From Candidatus Micrarchaeota archaeon (GTDB lineage: Archaea > Micrarchaeota > Micrarchaeia > Norongarragalinales > SBBD01), in contig JAZDGU010000035.1 in assembly GCA_043806595.1 (NCBI GenBank), forward strand, positions 1-32,247: DNA of 32,247 bases. Direction: 5' to 3'. Of this stretch, positions 8,503-18,141 are shown one piece after another. The position numbers and the translations under genes were made by a program. The notes under the pieces were generated by a model that had not been told where the DNA came from, searched no databases, and was given only the letters and a program-made list of their open reading frames with translations. How positions within the stretch are numbered: position 1 is the stretch's first letter; each line of letters opens with the position of its first letter.

Positions 8503-10560
8503 ATGGAGGAGCTGCAAGCGGTCGAAAAGTTCTCGGAGTTCTTCGACGGGGCCATGAAGGCCGAGATTTCCGAGGTGGCCGCGAACTACCCGGAGAGGCG
8601 GAGCATCAACATCGACTACTGCAGGCTTGCGAAGTTCGACAGCGATCTCGCCGACTTCCTGCTGGAGAACCCGGACGAGGCGTTGTTCGCGGCGGAAAAG
8701 GCGCTCGCAGGGCTAGGAGTGGCGACCGCGGACAACTCCCAGTTCAGGCCGCACGCGAGGCTCTACTCGCTGCCGGAAAGCACCAACGTCATGGTCATCA
8801 ACCTTGGCGCGGAGCATCTGGACAAGCTCATCTCCGTCGAGGGCATAGTGTCGCTCGCCACGGAAATCAAGCCCGTAATAAAACGGGCGGTGTGGGAGTG
8901 CCTGCACTGCGGCGAGAAGACGAGGACATACCCCGAGAAGAACATCCTCAAGACCCCGGACTTCTGCATCAACCGCGAGTGCGGCCGCAGGGACTTCAAG
9001 CACCTAGAGAAGGAGGACGAGTTCGTCAACATGCAGAACGCGCAGATGCAGGACCTCGTCGAGAAGCTCAAAGGCAACGCGCCGACCTCCCACATCTCGC
9101 TCTGGATAGAGGACGACATCGCGAACGTCATACAGCCGGGCGAGAAGTTCTTCGTGACCGGCATACTGCGCAAGCGGCCCATCCGCAAGGACGGCAAGCT
9201 CTCGAGCGTCTACGAGAAGCTGCTCGAGGTCAACCACCTTGAGCGCAGCGAGAAGGAGTTCGAGGAGCTCGAGGTGACGGGCGAGGAGGAGAAGGAGCTT
9301 CTCGCCATCAGCAGGCGGCCGGACCTCTTCGACGCGATAGTCAGGAGCATCGCGCCGAGCATCTACGGCTACTATGAGATGAAGCTGGCAATCGCGCTCC
9401 AGCTCTTCGGCGGCAACATGCACAAGGTTTTGCCGGACGGCAAGAGGATCCGCGGAGAGACGCACATACTATTAATCGGCGACCCTGGGACCGCGAAGAG
9501 CGCGACGCTGCAATACGTCTCGCGGCTCGCGCCGAAGTGCATCTACATCTCGGGAAAGGGCACCTCTGGCGTTGGGCTTACCGCGAGTGCCGAAAAAGAC
9601 GAGTTCGGGGAAGGCTGGGTGCTGAAGGCGGGCGCGATGGTGCTCGCCAGCGGGGGGCAGGTCAACATCGACGAGCTCGACAAGATGGATGAGAACGACA
9701 GGAGCGCGATGCACGAGGCCCTCGAGAGCGGCACCGTCAGCATCGCAAAGGCAGGAATCGTCACGCGTTTCACGGCGAGGACGTCGGTGCTTGCCGCGGC
9801 GAATCCCAAGCTCGGCCGGTTCAACCCCAACGAACCGCCCGCGGCTCAGTTTGAGATTTCGCCTACGTTGTTAAGTCGCTTTGACCTTCTCTTCCCGATC
9901 AAGGACGTGCTGGACGAGGTGCAGGACCGCAAGGTCGCGGAGCACATACTGCGCGGGCACAAGGTCGCTGCAGGCAGCGCGACAATCGAGGGCGAGGGCA
10001 TCCTGCCGGTCATACCGACGGACCTCCTGCGCAAGTACATCGCATACGCGAGGCGCAACTTCTCACCGTCGCTTTCCGACGAGGCGTCCGTCAAGATACA
10101 GGAATTCTACCTCAGGCTCAGGCGCATGGGGGAGAAGCAGAACTACTACCCCGTGACCGCGAGGCAGATAGAGGGCCTCATCCGGCTCGGGGAGGCGGGC
10201 GCCAAGGCGAGGCTGAGCAACGTGGTCGAGGCGCAGGACGCCGACCGGGCGATAATGCTGACCGACTACGTGCTCAAGACGATATTCATGGATGTGGAGA
10301 CCGGCAGGATAGACAGCGACATAATCAACATCGGCCAGTCCAAGAGCAAGACCGACAAGGCGCGCATGGTGCTCGGCATCATCGAGGAGAAGGAGAAGGA
10401 GGTCGACATGGTGGCCATCGAGGACGTCGTGCGGGAGGCCGGGGCGCTCGGCATGGACGAGAGGCAGGTGCGCGACATCATCGAGCAGCTGCACAAGCAG
10501 ACGGAGATATTCCGGCCGAAGAGCGGCCACGTGCGGACCAGCAAGCGGCGCACAGGCTAG
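8503..10560 (+). CDS. mcm: Replicative helicase MCM
   Basis: C4 zinc finger, Walker A GDPGTAKS, Walker B IDELDKM, arginine finger SRFD, C-terminal wHTH; no intein. Confidence 0.98.
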   Translation: MEELQAVEKFSEFFDGAMKAEISEVAANYPERRSINIDYCRLAKFDSDLADFLLENPDEALFAAEKALAGLGVATADNSQFRPHARLYSLPESTNVMVINLGAEHLDKLISVEGIVSLATEIKPVIKRAVWECLHCGEKTRTYPEKNILKTPDFCINRECGRRDFKHLEKEDEFVNMQNAQMQDLVEKLKGNAPTSHISLWIEDDIANVIQPGEKFFVTGILRKRPIRKDGKLSSVYEKLLEVNHLERSEKEFEELEVTGEEEKELLAISRRPDLFDAIVRSIAPSIYGYYEMKLAIALQLFGGNMHKVLPDGKRIRGETHILLIGDPGTAKSATLQYVSRLAPKCIYISGKGTSGVGLTASAEKDEFGEGWVLKAGAMVLASGGQVNIDELDKMDENDRSAMHEALESGTVSIAKAGIVTRFTARTSVLAAANPKLGRFNPNEPPAAQFEISPTLLSRFDLLFPIKDVLDEVQDRKVAEHILRGHKVAAGSATIEGEGILPVIPTDLLRKYIAYARRNFSPSLSDEASVKIQEFYLRLRRMGEKQNYYPVTARQIEGLIRLGEAGAKARLSNVVEAQDADRAIMLTDYVLKTIFMDVETGRIDSDIINIGQSKSKTDKARMVLGIIEEKEKEVDMVAIEDVVREAGALGMDERQVRDIIEQLHKQTEIFRPKSGHVRTSKRRTG

Positions 10561-10602
10561 CAAGCGAAACCCGTTTAATCCCGCCGGCGGCATACTATTC
10601 CC

Positions 10603-11163
10603 GTGAAGCACCGAATACGCAGAAGGATGCTTGAGAAGCGGGGAAACCACCGCCCTCACCACGCCAAAGGCAAGAGCGGGAGGATTACGGAAAGGCTGCT
10701 GGCACTGCCCGAAATCCAGGAGGCACGCACAGTAATGGCGTATTACCCGCTGCCGCAGGAGGCGGACTGCCTCGGAGCGGTAAGGGAACTGCTCGCCGGG
10801 GGAAAAACCGTAGCGCTGCCGAGGGTCGAAGGAAGGCTCATCGTGCCGGTAAGAATCGGCGGCTTGCGCGGCATGAGGAAGGGAGGAATGGGCGTCGTCG
10901 AGCCTGCGCGCGGAAGGCGCGTCGCACCGAAGCAAATCGACGTTGTCATCGTGCCGGGCGTGGCGTTCGACCTGAGGGGGCACAGGCTGGGATTCGGCGG
11001 CGGGCACTATGACCGGTTCCTCAAGACGGTCAGGCGGGACTGCGCGAAGATCGGGCTGGCGTTCGAGCTGCAGCTGGTGAAGCGCCTGCCGGCGCAGTCG
11101 CACGACGTGCCAATGGATGCCGTCGTGACGGAGAAACGGACATTGAAAGCAAAGCGGGTTTGA
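10603..11163 (+). CDS. 5-formyltetrahydrofolate cyclo-ligase
   Basis: IDVVIVPGVAFD..G.RLGFGGGHYDRFL and HDVPMD.VVTE motifs. Confidence 0.95.
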   Translation: MKHRIRRRMLEKRGNHRPHHAKGKSGRITERLLALPEIQEARTVMAYYPLPQEADCLGAVRELLAGGKTVALPRVEGRLIVPVRIGGLRGMRKGGMGVVEPARGRRVAPKQIDVVIVPGVAFDLRGHRLGFGGGHYDRFLKTVRRDCAKIGLAFELQLVKRLPAQSHDVPMDAVVTEKRTLKAKRV

Positions 11164-11168
11164 GGCGC

Positions 11169-11874
11169 ATGGGCAACCAAAAAAGCCTGGAGGAACTGCT
11201 TGAGAGTCACGGCCTGAAGAATCCGGCTCGGCGGAGCATCGGGGGGGGTCAGCTTCGTGCAGGCCGACTTAATCCGCAATTTCAGGGGAAAGCCAGGCGA
11301 AGAAAGAATGACAGATTTCAGTGCGGAGCTGGAGGCACTGAAAAATGCGCTGCGCAGGCATCCTGAAACGACGGCGGGCTTCCATTTCCAGAGGATCACC
11401 GTCGCGGGCAACGAGAAGCACGCGCGCTTCAGGATAATCATAGTGCCCCTCGCAAAAAGCGTTAATGAGAGCGGACGCAGGATAGCCGTGATGCGGCTCA
11501 ACGCCTACGGTACGGGCCTCGATAACGCAATCAAAGAAATCGGAGGCATACTGCTGGACGCATTGGGGCTTCCGAAAGTAAAGCACACCCCGCAAGAGGA
11601 GGCGTTTTACGGCGTCGGGCTGAGGTTACTCACCCGCGGCTATAAGGCCGAAAATGGGGGGTGGATTGAAGCGGAAACAAAGGACTACCCCTTGGAAGGG
11701 GACCCGGACCACCGGCTTCTTCAAGCGGTCTCAAAGGCGCAGGCGGAAATGGCGATTTCGCGCAATCCGCGGCTCTTCGGAAAGAAGGTCGAACACCGCA
11801 TTAGCGTCGAACAAGCCGAACACGAGCACTTGCTCATCAGGCACAGGATACTGCTGGCGAGGAGGCCGGATTGA
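11169..11874 (+). CDS. Hypothetical protein, probably frameshifted at G8 run 11241-11248 (main frame 11257..11874)
   Basis: ATG at 11169 after GAGG gives MGNQKSLEELLESHGLKNPARRSIGG. Removing one G joins it to VSFVQADLIRNF... of the 205-aa ORF. Confidence 0.6.
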
Positions 11875-11931
11875 GCCCCCATATTCCAATAGTCATTTAA
11901 ATGCCGTGAGAGAAGAGCTAATGGGAAACAG

Positions 11932-12555
11932 ATGGACCTTAGGCTGATGATAAAGGAGATGATACAGCAGGGAATGAGCGACGAGGAGATAGTCGCCAAC
12001 CTCAAGGAGCTCGGAATCCAGGACGTGGAGAAGGCGATAGCGGACGCGCTCGCGGAGGACGAGAAGGGCGCGCCGAAAGCGCGCGCGCAAGCGCCGCAGC
12101 AGAAGATTGAGACACCCATAGAAGAGGCTGGGGAAGGGCCCGAGGAGCCGGAAGTCGAGGGCCTCGAGAGCTCGAAGTCGCTGTTTGAGGAGCCTGCGGA
12201 AAAAGAAGAGGCGGAAGATAAGGAGGAGCCGGTGAAGCAGCTCTTCGAGGAGACGCCCAAGCCCGCGCCGCACGAGCGGCGGAAGGCCGAGGCAGCGGTC
12301 GAGGACATCCCGAAGCTCGAGATAACGAAGATTGAGGCCGGCGAGGAGAAGACCACGGACATCGCGGCGATGCTCAACAAGGCGGGCATCGAGAGCGTGG
12401 TCCAGCCGGTGGCGCAGACGAGGCTGGCGGACATCGGCGGTGTTGAACGCAAGCTCGACGACCTGCTCGCCGCCATAAAGGCGCTGCAGTCCATTGACAA
12501 GCAGATACTGGAAGCCAATAGGGAAATGCTCTTCAAGCTTAAGGTGCAGAAATAG
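11932..12555 (+). CDS. Acidic hypothetical protein: N-terminal helical domain, E/P-rich disordered linker, C-terminal coiled coil
   Basis: 207-aa ORF with strong host codon usage; heptad-like VERKLDDLLAAIKALQSIDKQILEANREML. Confidence 0.85.
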   Translation: MDLRLMIKEMIQQGMSDEEIVANLKELGIQDVEKAIADALAEDEKGAPKARAQAPQQKIETPIEEAGEGPEEPEVEGLESSKSLFEEPAEKEEAEDKEEPVKQLFEETPKPAPHERRKAEAAVEDIPKLEITKIEAGEEKTTDIAAMLNKAGIESVVQPVAQTRLADIGGVERKLDDLLAAIKALQSIDKQILEANREMLFKLKVQK

Positions 12556-12990
12556 CTAGTGCCCGCCGTGGCGGCCGCCCAGATGGACGGGGCCGTGGTC
12601 ACCGCCGCCGGCGTGTTCGATCTTATCCAGCCTCTTGGAGATGCGGTCCAAACGGTCGAGCACGCGCTTGTCCCTCGACTCCGAATAGTCGCGCTTGAAG
12701 CTGGAGGAAGGCGTCTTCTCGTAGGCCTCCATCGCGGAAAGCGTTCCGAGCAGCGTTGAAAGGTAATTCGAGCCGAAGTCCGCGCCCTGCGTCACGACTA
12801 TGGATTGCGGAGGGGCCGCGGGCTGCGCATGGTCGGCATCGACTTCTGCAGGCGCGGGGGGAGGGGAAGTGAATGCCTGCAGCAGCAGGAGGGCGAGAAA
12901 GAGCGCCACCGCGAGCGTGAACAGCCAGGAGAGGTGCAGCAGGAACGAAGCAGCTGCAAGGGCGAACAGCGAGGCGTATGCCGCTTGCAT
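12556..12990 (-). CDS. Small membrane protein (2 TM, Pro-rich linker, coiled coil, His/Gly tail)
   Basis: Hydrophobic N-terminal hairpin; last gene of a tightly packed 4-gene run. Confidence 0.8.
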   Translation of the reverse strand: MQAAYASLFALAAASFLLHLSWLFTLAVALFLALLLLQAFTSPPPAPAEVDADHAQPAAPPQSIVVTQGADFGSNYLSTLLGTLSAMEAYEKTPSSSFKRDYSESRDKRVLDRLDRISKRLDKIEHAGGGDHGPVHLGGRHGGH

Positions 12991-12991
12991 G

Positions 12992-13345
12992 CTAGTGCTC
13001 CTCCTCGTTCCGGCCGAAGCGGCCGATGGAGAAAAGCCGTCCGATGAAGTTTCCGATGAGCACTAACCAGTTGCCGAGGTTCGTGGAAATCCACTCGTCG
13101 CCGTCGAGCTGGCCGGGATAGTTCGGCCGAAACTGGAAGTTCGCCGGAATTTGCGAGCCTCCCTGGACGACGACCTGCGGCGAGCCTGCGTGGCCGGGAG
13201 CTTGCCGCTGCGCCGGCTGGGAGGATGCGAGCGCGCCGATGAGGGCGACCGCGAGCACGAGCGCGGCGAGAAAGGTCTGGCCGGACTGCCAGAACACGTA
13301 GCCGATTACCGCGAGCACGACGAGGGTGAGGGCGTTCAAATGCAT
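12992..13345 (-). CDS. Small membrane protein (2 TM)
   Basis: Hydrophobic N-terminal hairpin; 1-nt gap to the downstream gene. Confidence 0.8.
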   Translation of the reverse strand: MHLNALTLVVLAVIGYVFWQSGQTFLAALVLAVALIGALASSQPAQRQAPGHAGSPQVVVQGGSQIPANFQFRPNYPGQLDGDEWISTNLGNWLVLIGNFIGRLFSIGRFGRNEEEH

Positions 13346-13349
13346 GCAC

Positions 13350-13643
13350 CTAGTAATACCCGCCGTAGCCCACAGGGGGCGCGGGGGAGTCCGAGTCCTT
13401 CTTCACGAGCAATATGAGCACTACGAAGAGACCGCCAAGGAGGAGCGGGGTCTTGATCGAGGCCTCGAGCGGCATGTTCCAGACGAACGCGAGCGCGCCG
13501 CCGACGAGTGCGGCAACGAGGAGGAACTTGTTCTTCGCCGACGTGATGAGCAGCAGCGCGAACAGCGCGAGCGTGATGACGGTGTTGTTGCTCTGCACGG
13601 CCATGACCATGAGGATGACGATGAAGAGGAAGGAGAAATCCAT
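13350..13643 (-). CDS. Small membrane protein (about 4 short TM)
   Basis: 97 aa, almost entirely hydrophobic, PPVGYGGYY tail. Confidence 0.8.
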   Translation of the reverse strand: MDFSFLFIVILMVMAVQSNNTVITLALFALLLITSAKNKFLLVAALVGGALAFVWNMPLEASIKTPLLLGGLFVVLILLVKKDSDSPAPPVGYGGYY

Positions 13644-13656
13644 GGATTCAAAACCT

Positions 13657-13914
13657 CTAGTGGCCGCCTCCGCCGAACAGGCCCCGGTTTATCGTCTCGG
13701 GAAGATCGAGCATGAAGACGACGGCGAACACCATCCAAGTGAACCACGTCACGGGAACGAGGACGAGGTAGGTTATGACGATGACGACGAGGAGCGTAAG
13801 CAGCTTGTTGGGCATGAAGTGGTGGTTGAGGAGCTTGTAAAGCGAGAAGAAAGTCAGTATCAGCACCACGAGGTTGAGGCCGTCCATAAGGCTGGCGGCG
13901 ACGGGAAGGACCAT
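13657..13914 (-). CDS. Small membrane protein (about 3 TM)
   Basis: 85 aa hydrophobic; first gene of the run, with a TTTAAA box upstream (13938-13943). Confidence 0.8.
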   Translation of the reverse strand: MVLPVAASLMDGLNLVVLILTFFSLYKLLNHHFMPNKLLTLLVVIVITYLVLVPVTWFTWMVFAVVFMLDLPETINRGLFGGGGH

Positions 13915-13961
13915 TAGCGTATTCTCTTCCCCGCCGAATTTAAAGGTTTTGACCGCTGGAG

Positions 13962-15812
13962 TCAGCCGAGAAGCCGCTTGAGCTCCGAGGGCTCGACGTT
14001 CACGCGGAACTTCCGCATCATCTCGACGAACGCCTTCTCCTTCGAAATGCCCGATTTGCCGCCGACAAGCCCGAGTGCGTGCTCCAGCTGCTTGACGTCG
14101 AACTTGTGCAGGTGGTACCCGCGGACGAGGTCGGCGGAGCTCTTGTGCGGATGTGAGGCCTTGAGCTTGAGGAGCTCGCCGACCGCGGACTTCGTGATTT
14201 TCCCTGCGGAATGCAGGGACAGGACTTCCGAGAGCGCGGCTTCACCGATTTTTTCCGTTGCAACGCCGGAACGACGGAGGGAGGTCAGGGTCTCGAGCAG
14301 GGTTACGGCGATGAATGGGGGATCGGCCTTTGACGCGAGCAGGCGCTCGAAGAGAGGGTAGTCGAGAGAGCGGACAAGCTTGGAGGCGAGCTCGTCGTTC
14401 AAACCGAGCTGCAGAAGGCGCTCCTTCTTGTCCGCGTGCTGCTCCGGCAGGGAAGAGGAGACGGAGGAGAGGAGTTCCGGGGTTATCCGCATAGGAAGGA
14501 CGTCGGTTTCGGGGTACATGCGCGCCGAGCCCGGCATGGGACGCATGAATGCAGTGGTTTCCCCCGCGGTCCTGCGGACTTCGCGGGGCACGTGCTTGAG
14601 CGCGTCGCCGCAGCGGCGGAATATTGCCTGCAGTGCGGAGATGCAGACGCCCTCGGGGCCGAAGCAAAACGCGAACAAGTCCTTGTCCGAGCATGCGAGC
14701 AGACCGCGGATTTCGCGCTGCTCTTGCGGGGAGATGCCATAGGCCTTCTCCAGTTGCTCGTCGGAGTGCAGGAAGCCCTTTGCTGAAGAATGCATGCGGA
14801 CATAACCGGCGACCTCCTTGCCGAAAGTGTGCCCGGGCATGAGCTCGCGCCCGAAGACGCCCGAGAAGCCGGGAAGCCGCAGCGCGAGCACCCTGCCGCC
14901 AGACGACAGAGCTGAAGCCAACGGCTTGAACCCGGTATGCGAGAATACCGCAGTGCAGTCAACGGGAAGGAAGTCGCGGGTGGCGAGGCGGACGCCTGCC
15001 GAGACGAGCTGCGCCCTGAGTTCGACGAGGTTCTTCTGGCGCAGGATTTCGTTCCCGACGATTTTTGGAAGAAGCTTGAGTTCCTGCGCGCCCTTGATCT
15101 CGACGCGCGCGCCGTCGCGGATGCTGACGTTCACGTCCTGGCGGATGGTGCCGAGGCCGCGCTGGACCTTGAGCGAGCGCAGGAGCACGCCGATGGCCTC
15201 GGCGGCCTCGCGCGCCTGTTCCGGCGAAGAAATGTCGGGCTCGGTGGCGATTTCCACGAGAGGAATGCCCTGGCGGTCGAGGCGGTACGCGGAGACGCCC
15301 TCCGTTGATTCCTCTTCCACGATGCCGCAGCTCTCCTCCTCGAGGCAGACGGATGAGACGCGCACTGCGCCCCGCGAAGTGTTTATGGAGCCCCCCAGAG
15401 CGACGAGCGCGGTGCGCTGGAAGCCGGAGACGGAGGAGCCGTCGAGCACCTGCTTGCGCATGACGCTGACCTCGTCGAGGACAGTAGAGTTCAAGAGCGC
15501 GGCGGCCTGGAGCGCAACCCGGAGGGCTTCTGGGTTCAACGCGTGCGGCGGCTCCTCGTCGGCCTCGACAAGGCACGAGGTCTCGGAATCGGCGAGGTAG
15601 AGGAATTCCCTGCGCCTCGAGGCCTCGAACCCCGCGGTGGCATCAATCTCGCCCATCTCGCTGGAGACCGCGCGAAGGCGGCGGCGGAAGCGCATGGACG
15701 GCGGAAGCTGGTTCTTGTTGGGGTCGGAATAGCAGTTGCAGAAGAGCTTGCGCGTGTCCAGCCTCTGGTGTATCTCGAGGCCGCACTTGAAGCCCAGTGA
15801 AGAGTAATCCAT
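13962..15812 (-). CDS. gatE: Glu-tRNA(Gln) amidotransferase subunit E
   Basis: GFKCGLEIHQRL...KLFC, DGSSVSGFQRT, RGLGTIRQDVNVSI, RMYPETD, AspRS-like insertion; adjacent to gatD. Confidence 0.97.
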   Translation of the reverse strand: MDYSSLGFKCGLEIHQRLDTRKLFCNCYSDPNKNQLPPSMRFRRRLRAVSSEMGEIDATAGFEASRRREFLYLADSETSCLVEADEEPPHALNPEALRVALQAAALLNSTVLDEVSVMRKQVLDGSSVSGFQRTALVALGGSINTSRGAVRVSSVCLEEESCGIVEEESTEGVSAYRLDRQGIPLVEIATEPDISSPEQAREAAEAIGVLLRSLKVQRGLGTIRQDVNVSIRDGARVEIKGAQELKLLPKIVGNEILRQKNLVELRAQLVSAGVRLATRDFLPVDCTAVFSHTGFKPLASALSSGGRVLALRLPGFSGVFGRELMPGHTFGKEVAGYVRMHSSAKGFLHSDEQLEKAYGISPQEQREIRGLLACSDKDLFAFCFGPEGVCISALQAIFRRCGDALKHVPREVRRTAGETTAFMRPMPGSARMYPETDVLPMRITPELLSSVSSSLPEQHADKKERLLQLGLNDELASKLVRSLDYPLFERLLASKADPPFIAVTLLETLTSLRRSGVATEKIGEAALSEVLSLHSAGKITKSAVGELLKLKASHPHKSSADLVRGYHLHKFDVKQLEHALGLVGGKSGISKEKAFVEMMRKFRVNVEPSELKRLLG

Positions 15813-15819
15813 CGGCAAA

Positions 15820-17178
15820 TCACTTGAATTCGTCCAGCCGTATCCTATCGTTGAACTCGCCGGCGACGTTTTCCAGCATCATCTTCTTGGCCACTGTGGC
15901 GTCGGGCCTGTGGCCGAGGACCCAGCCGAGCTTGGCGTACGCGGTCTCCGCAAGCATGTCCCTGCAGTAGAGCGCGCCCGCGTCGCTCACGAGCCGCAAA
16001 TTGCGGTAGACATGCGGGTGGACGGGGCCGTTAATGGACTGGGAGGTGATTGCGACAACGACTCCATGTGATACTGCGCGTTTAACGGCGGGGATCCATG
16101 TTTTCTTGCGGTCAAAGCCTGAGACGTCCGTGCCGCTCTCGCCCGTGGGAAGGTGGCCGAGGGCCATGGCCTCGATTACGACGCCCTTGAAGCCCTTCTC
16201 AACGAGGTGGTCGAGGAGTCCGGGGTCGGAGCCGGGGTAGGACTTAAGGATTGCGACCTTCTCCTCGAACACCGCGTCGGCAACGCACTTGCCTTTTTCC
16301 GACGGCGTTGGCCTGGCATCGCCCATCCACTCTATCTTGCCGTCCGGGAAAATCTTGGCGAGGGGTTCGGCGTTGATGGACTGGAAGGCGTCCCGGCGGG
16401 AGGAGTGCATCTTTCTTACCTTGACGCCGGAATGGGCGTAGCAGAAGTCGTCGCTGGTGCTGCCGTGCATGACGACGGCGACGCCCGGGCGGCTGGAATA
16501 CGCGGCATAGTACGCGCCGCAGACGAGATTGAGCGAGCCGTCGAAGCTGCCGCGGTCGGGCGAACGCTGAGCGCCGACAAGGGCAACGGGCTTGTGCAGG
16601 CCGCGGAGCATGAAGGAAAGCGCGGCGGAAGTGTAGCCCAGCGCGTCCGTGCCGTGCGTGACGACGATTCCTTGGATTTCCGGGTCGTTGGCGTGCCTTG
16701 CGATCTCGTGCGCAAGCTTCACCCAGTGGTGCGGCTGGATGTCCTCGGAGGCGAGCGTGAACGGGCTGGAGACGGACTTGATTGAGGCGATGCGCTCGAG
16801 CTCGGGGGTAGTTGCAAGCACCTCCTCCGGGGTGCGGCACATGAACACGCCGCCCGTGGTGTAGTCCACGTGCGTGCCGATGGTGCCTCCGGTGGCGACC
16901 ACGGCGATCTTCGGGAGGCCGGACTGTTTGAGCGAAATTTTCGGGATGGTGCCCGGGGGCGCGCCGGCCCTGAGCTTTTCGATTGAAGCGCCATGCCAGA
17001 AGAGAAAGCCGGCATTGTAGCCGCTCGCGAGCTTGAGCGTCAGGACGCGGGGATCGGATTCCGTGGTCTTGGGGAGGAGGACTCCCTCAAGGGTAAGGCC
17101 CTTGGAGGAAATGCGGATCAAGTCGCCCTCGGAGATACGCTGCCGTATCAGGGCTTCCTGTATTTCCTTGGAATACAT
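15820..17178 (-). CDS. gatD: Glu-tRNA(Gln) amidotransferase subunit D
   Basis: N-terminal KLASGYNAG domain, TGGTI, HGTD, GAQRSPDR, VRKMHSSRRDAFQSIN. Confidence 0.97.
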   Translation of the reverse strand: MYSKEIQEALIRQRISEGDLIRISSKGLTLEGVLLPKTTESDPRVLTLKLASGYNAGFLFWHGASIEKLRAGAPPGTIPKISLKQSGLPKIAVVATGGTIGTHVDYTTGGVFMCRTPEEVLATTPELERIASIKSVSSPFTLASEDIQPHHWVKLAHEIARHANDPEIQGIVVTHGTDALGYTSAALSFMLRGLHKPVALVGAQRSPDRGSFDGSLNLVCGAYYAAYSSRPGVAVVMHGSTSDDFCYAHSGVKVRKMHSSRRDAFQSINAEPLAKIFPDGKIEWMGDARPTPSEKGKCVADAVFEEKVAILKSYPGSDPGLLDHLVEKGFKGVVIEAMALGHLPTGESGTDVSGFDRKKTWIPAVKRAVSHGVVVAITSQSINGPVHPHVYRNLRLVSDAGALYCRDMLAETAYAKLGWVLGHRPDATVAKKMMLENVAGEFNDRIRLDEFK

Positions 17179-17235
17179 ACGAAAACCGGAAGATGACTAG
17201 AGCGCCAAGATTAAAGAGCCTGTTGGACCGGGGGG

Positions 17236-18078
17236 TCAGAACCGGTGGCCAATGGAAAGCGTCGCCTTCGGGGCTTCCCTCTCGCGGCCTTCGAGCGTGA
17301 CGATACCGACCGATTCTCCCTTTGAGGCCATGACGCGACCCCGGAAGAACGGCCTTTCGCCTTCGGCTAATCTCGCGCCGCCGTCGACTTCCAGAAACGG
17401 GGCCTTACTTCGGCGCAACCAAACCGCAAAGTCGAGAGTCTTGCCTTTGGTCCAACGCCCAGCCTTTCGCATGAAATCCAACCCACCTCCGGTACGCGCA
17501 CCGGCGTTTAAACTCAATGCGGGAACATCTACGCCCTTGAGTACGACGCCCTCAAGACGGTTGCTGCTGTTTCCTTCCGCCTTGGAGGCGACGGTTTTAA
17601 GCGTCACCCCGAGCCGTTTAAGGTTGGCGCGGAACGCAGCGCCAAACCGCAGAGGGGAGCGGGGGTTTGACGGCGCAACGACGGTCACGCCGCCGGCAGA
17701 CACCTCTCCAAGGCGCCTGGCTACGGCCAACTGCGTCGAAACGGTGCGTCCATTTTCGTCATAACCGATGTGTATGTACCCGCTCGTTCGCGGGCCCAAC
17801 TTTGGAAAGAGGTCCAAGCCGCCGCCGGTGGGGCCGGTACCGCCCTTGCCTTTTTTGCGCTTTCCAACTGAAGAGTACGCCATCGCACTGGAAGAAGAAG
17901 GCGGGAAAGTCAGCGCGTCCATGCGCGGAAAAGTCGGGGAAGGCAACTCGGCTATGACGGGCTTTCTCTCGACCGGTTGCGATGGCGGTTGGGCGCGGGC
18001 GGTTGCATGCAGAATAGTCAGCAAACCCAGGATTGCGGCTCCGCGGGCAATGGATGTCGCTTGAGAGGACCTCGCCAT
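17236..18078 (-). CDS. Secreted hypothetical beta-rich protein ending in Phe (beta-barrel-like)
   Basis: Signal peptide ending ARA|Q, many alternating amphipathic segments, C-terminus ATLSIGHRF. Confidence 0.65.
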   Translation of the reverse strand: MARSSQATSIARGAAILGLLTILHATARAQPPSQPVERKPVIAELPSPTFPRMDALTFPPSSSSAMAYSSVGKRKKGKGGTGPTGGGLDLFPKLGPRTSGYIHIGYDENGRTVSTQLAVARRLGEVSAGGVTVVAPSNPRSPLRFGAAFRANLKRLGVTLKTVASKAEGNSSNRLEGVVLKGVDVPALSLNAGARTGGGLDFMRKAGRWTKGKTLDFAVWLRRSKAPFLEVDGGARLAEGERPFFRGRVMASKGESVGIVTLEGREREAPKATLSIGHRF

Positions 18079-18141
18079 ATTACCATCAATGCAAGTTTTC
18101 TTGAACAGATATTTAAAGTCGCCGGAAATATTGGTAAGAAA

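Noticed and set aside
8503..10560. Intein or inactivation in MCM
   Set aside because: Normal length with all motifs contiguous.
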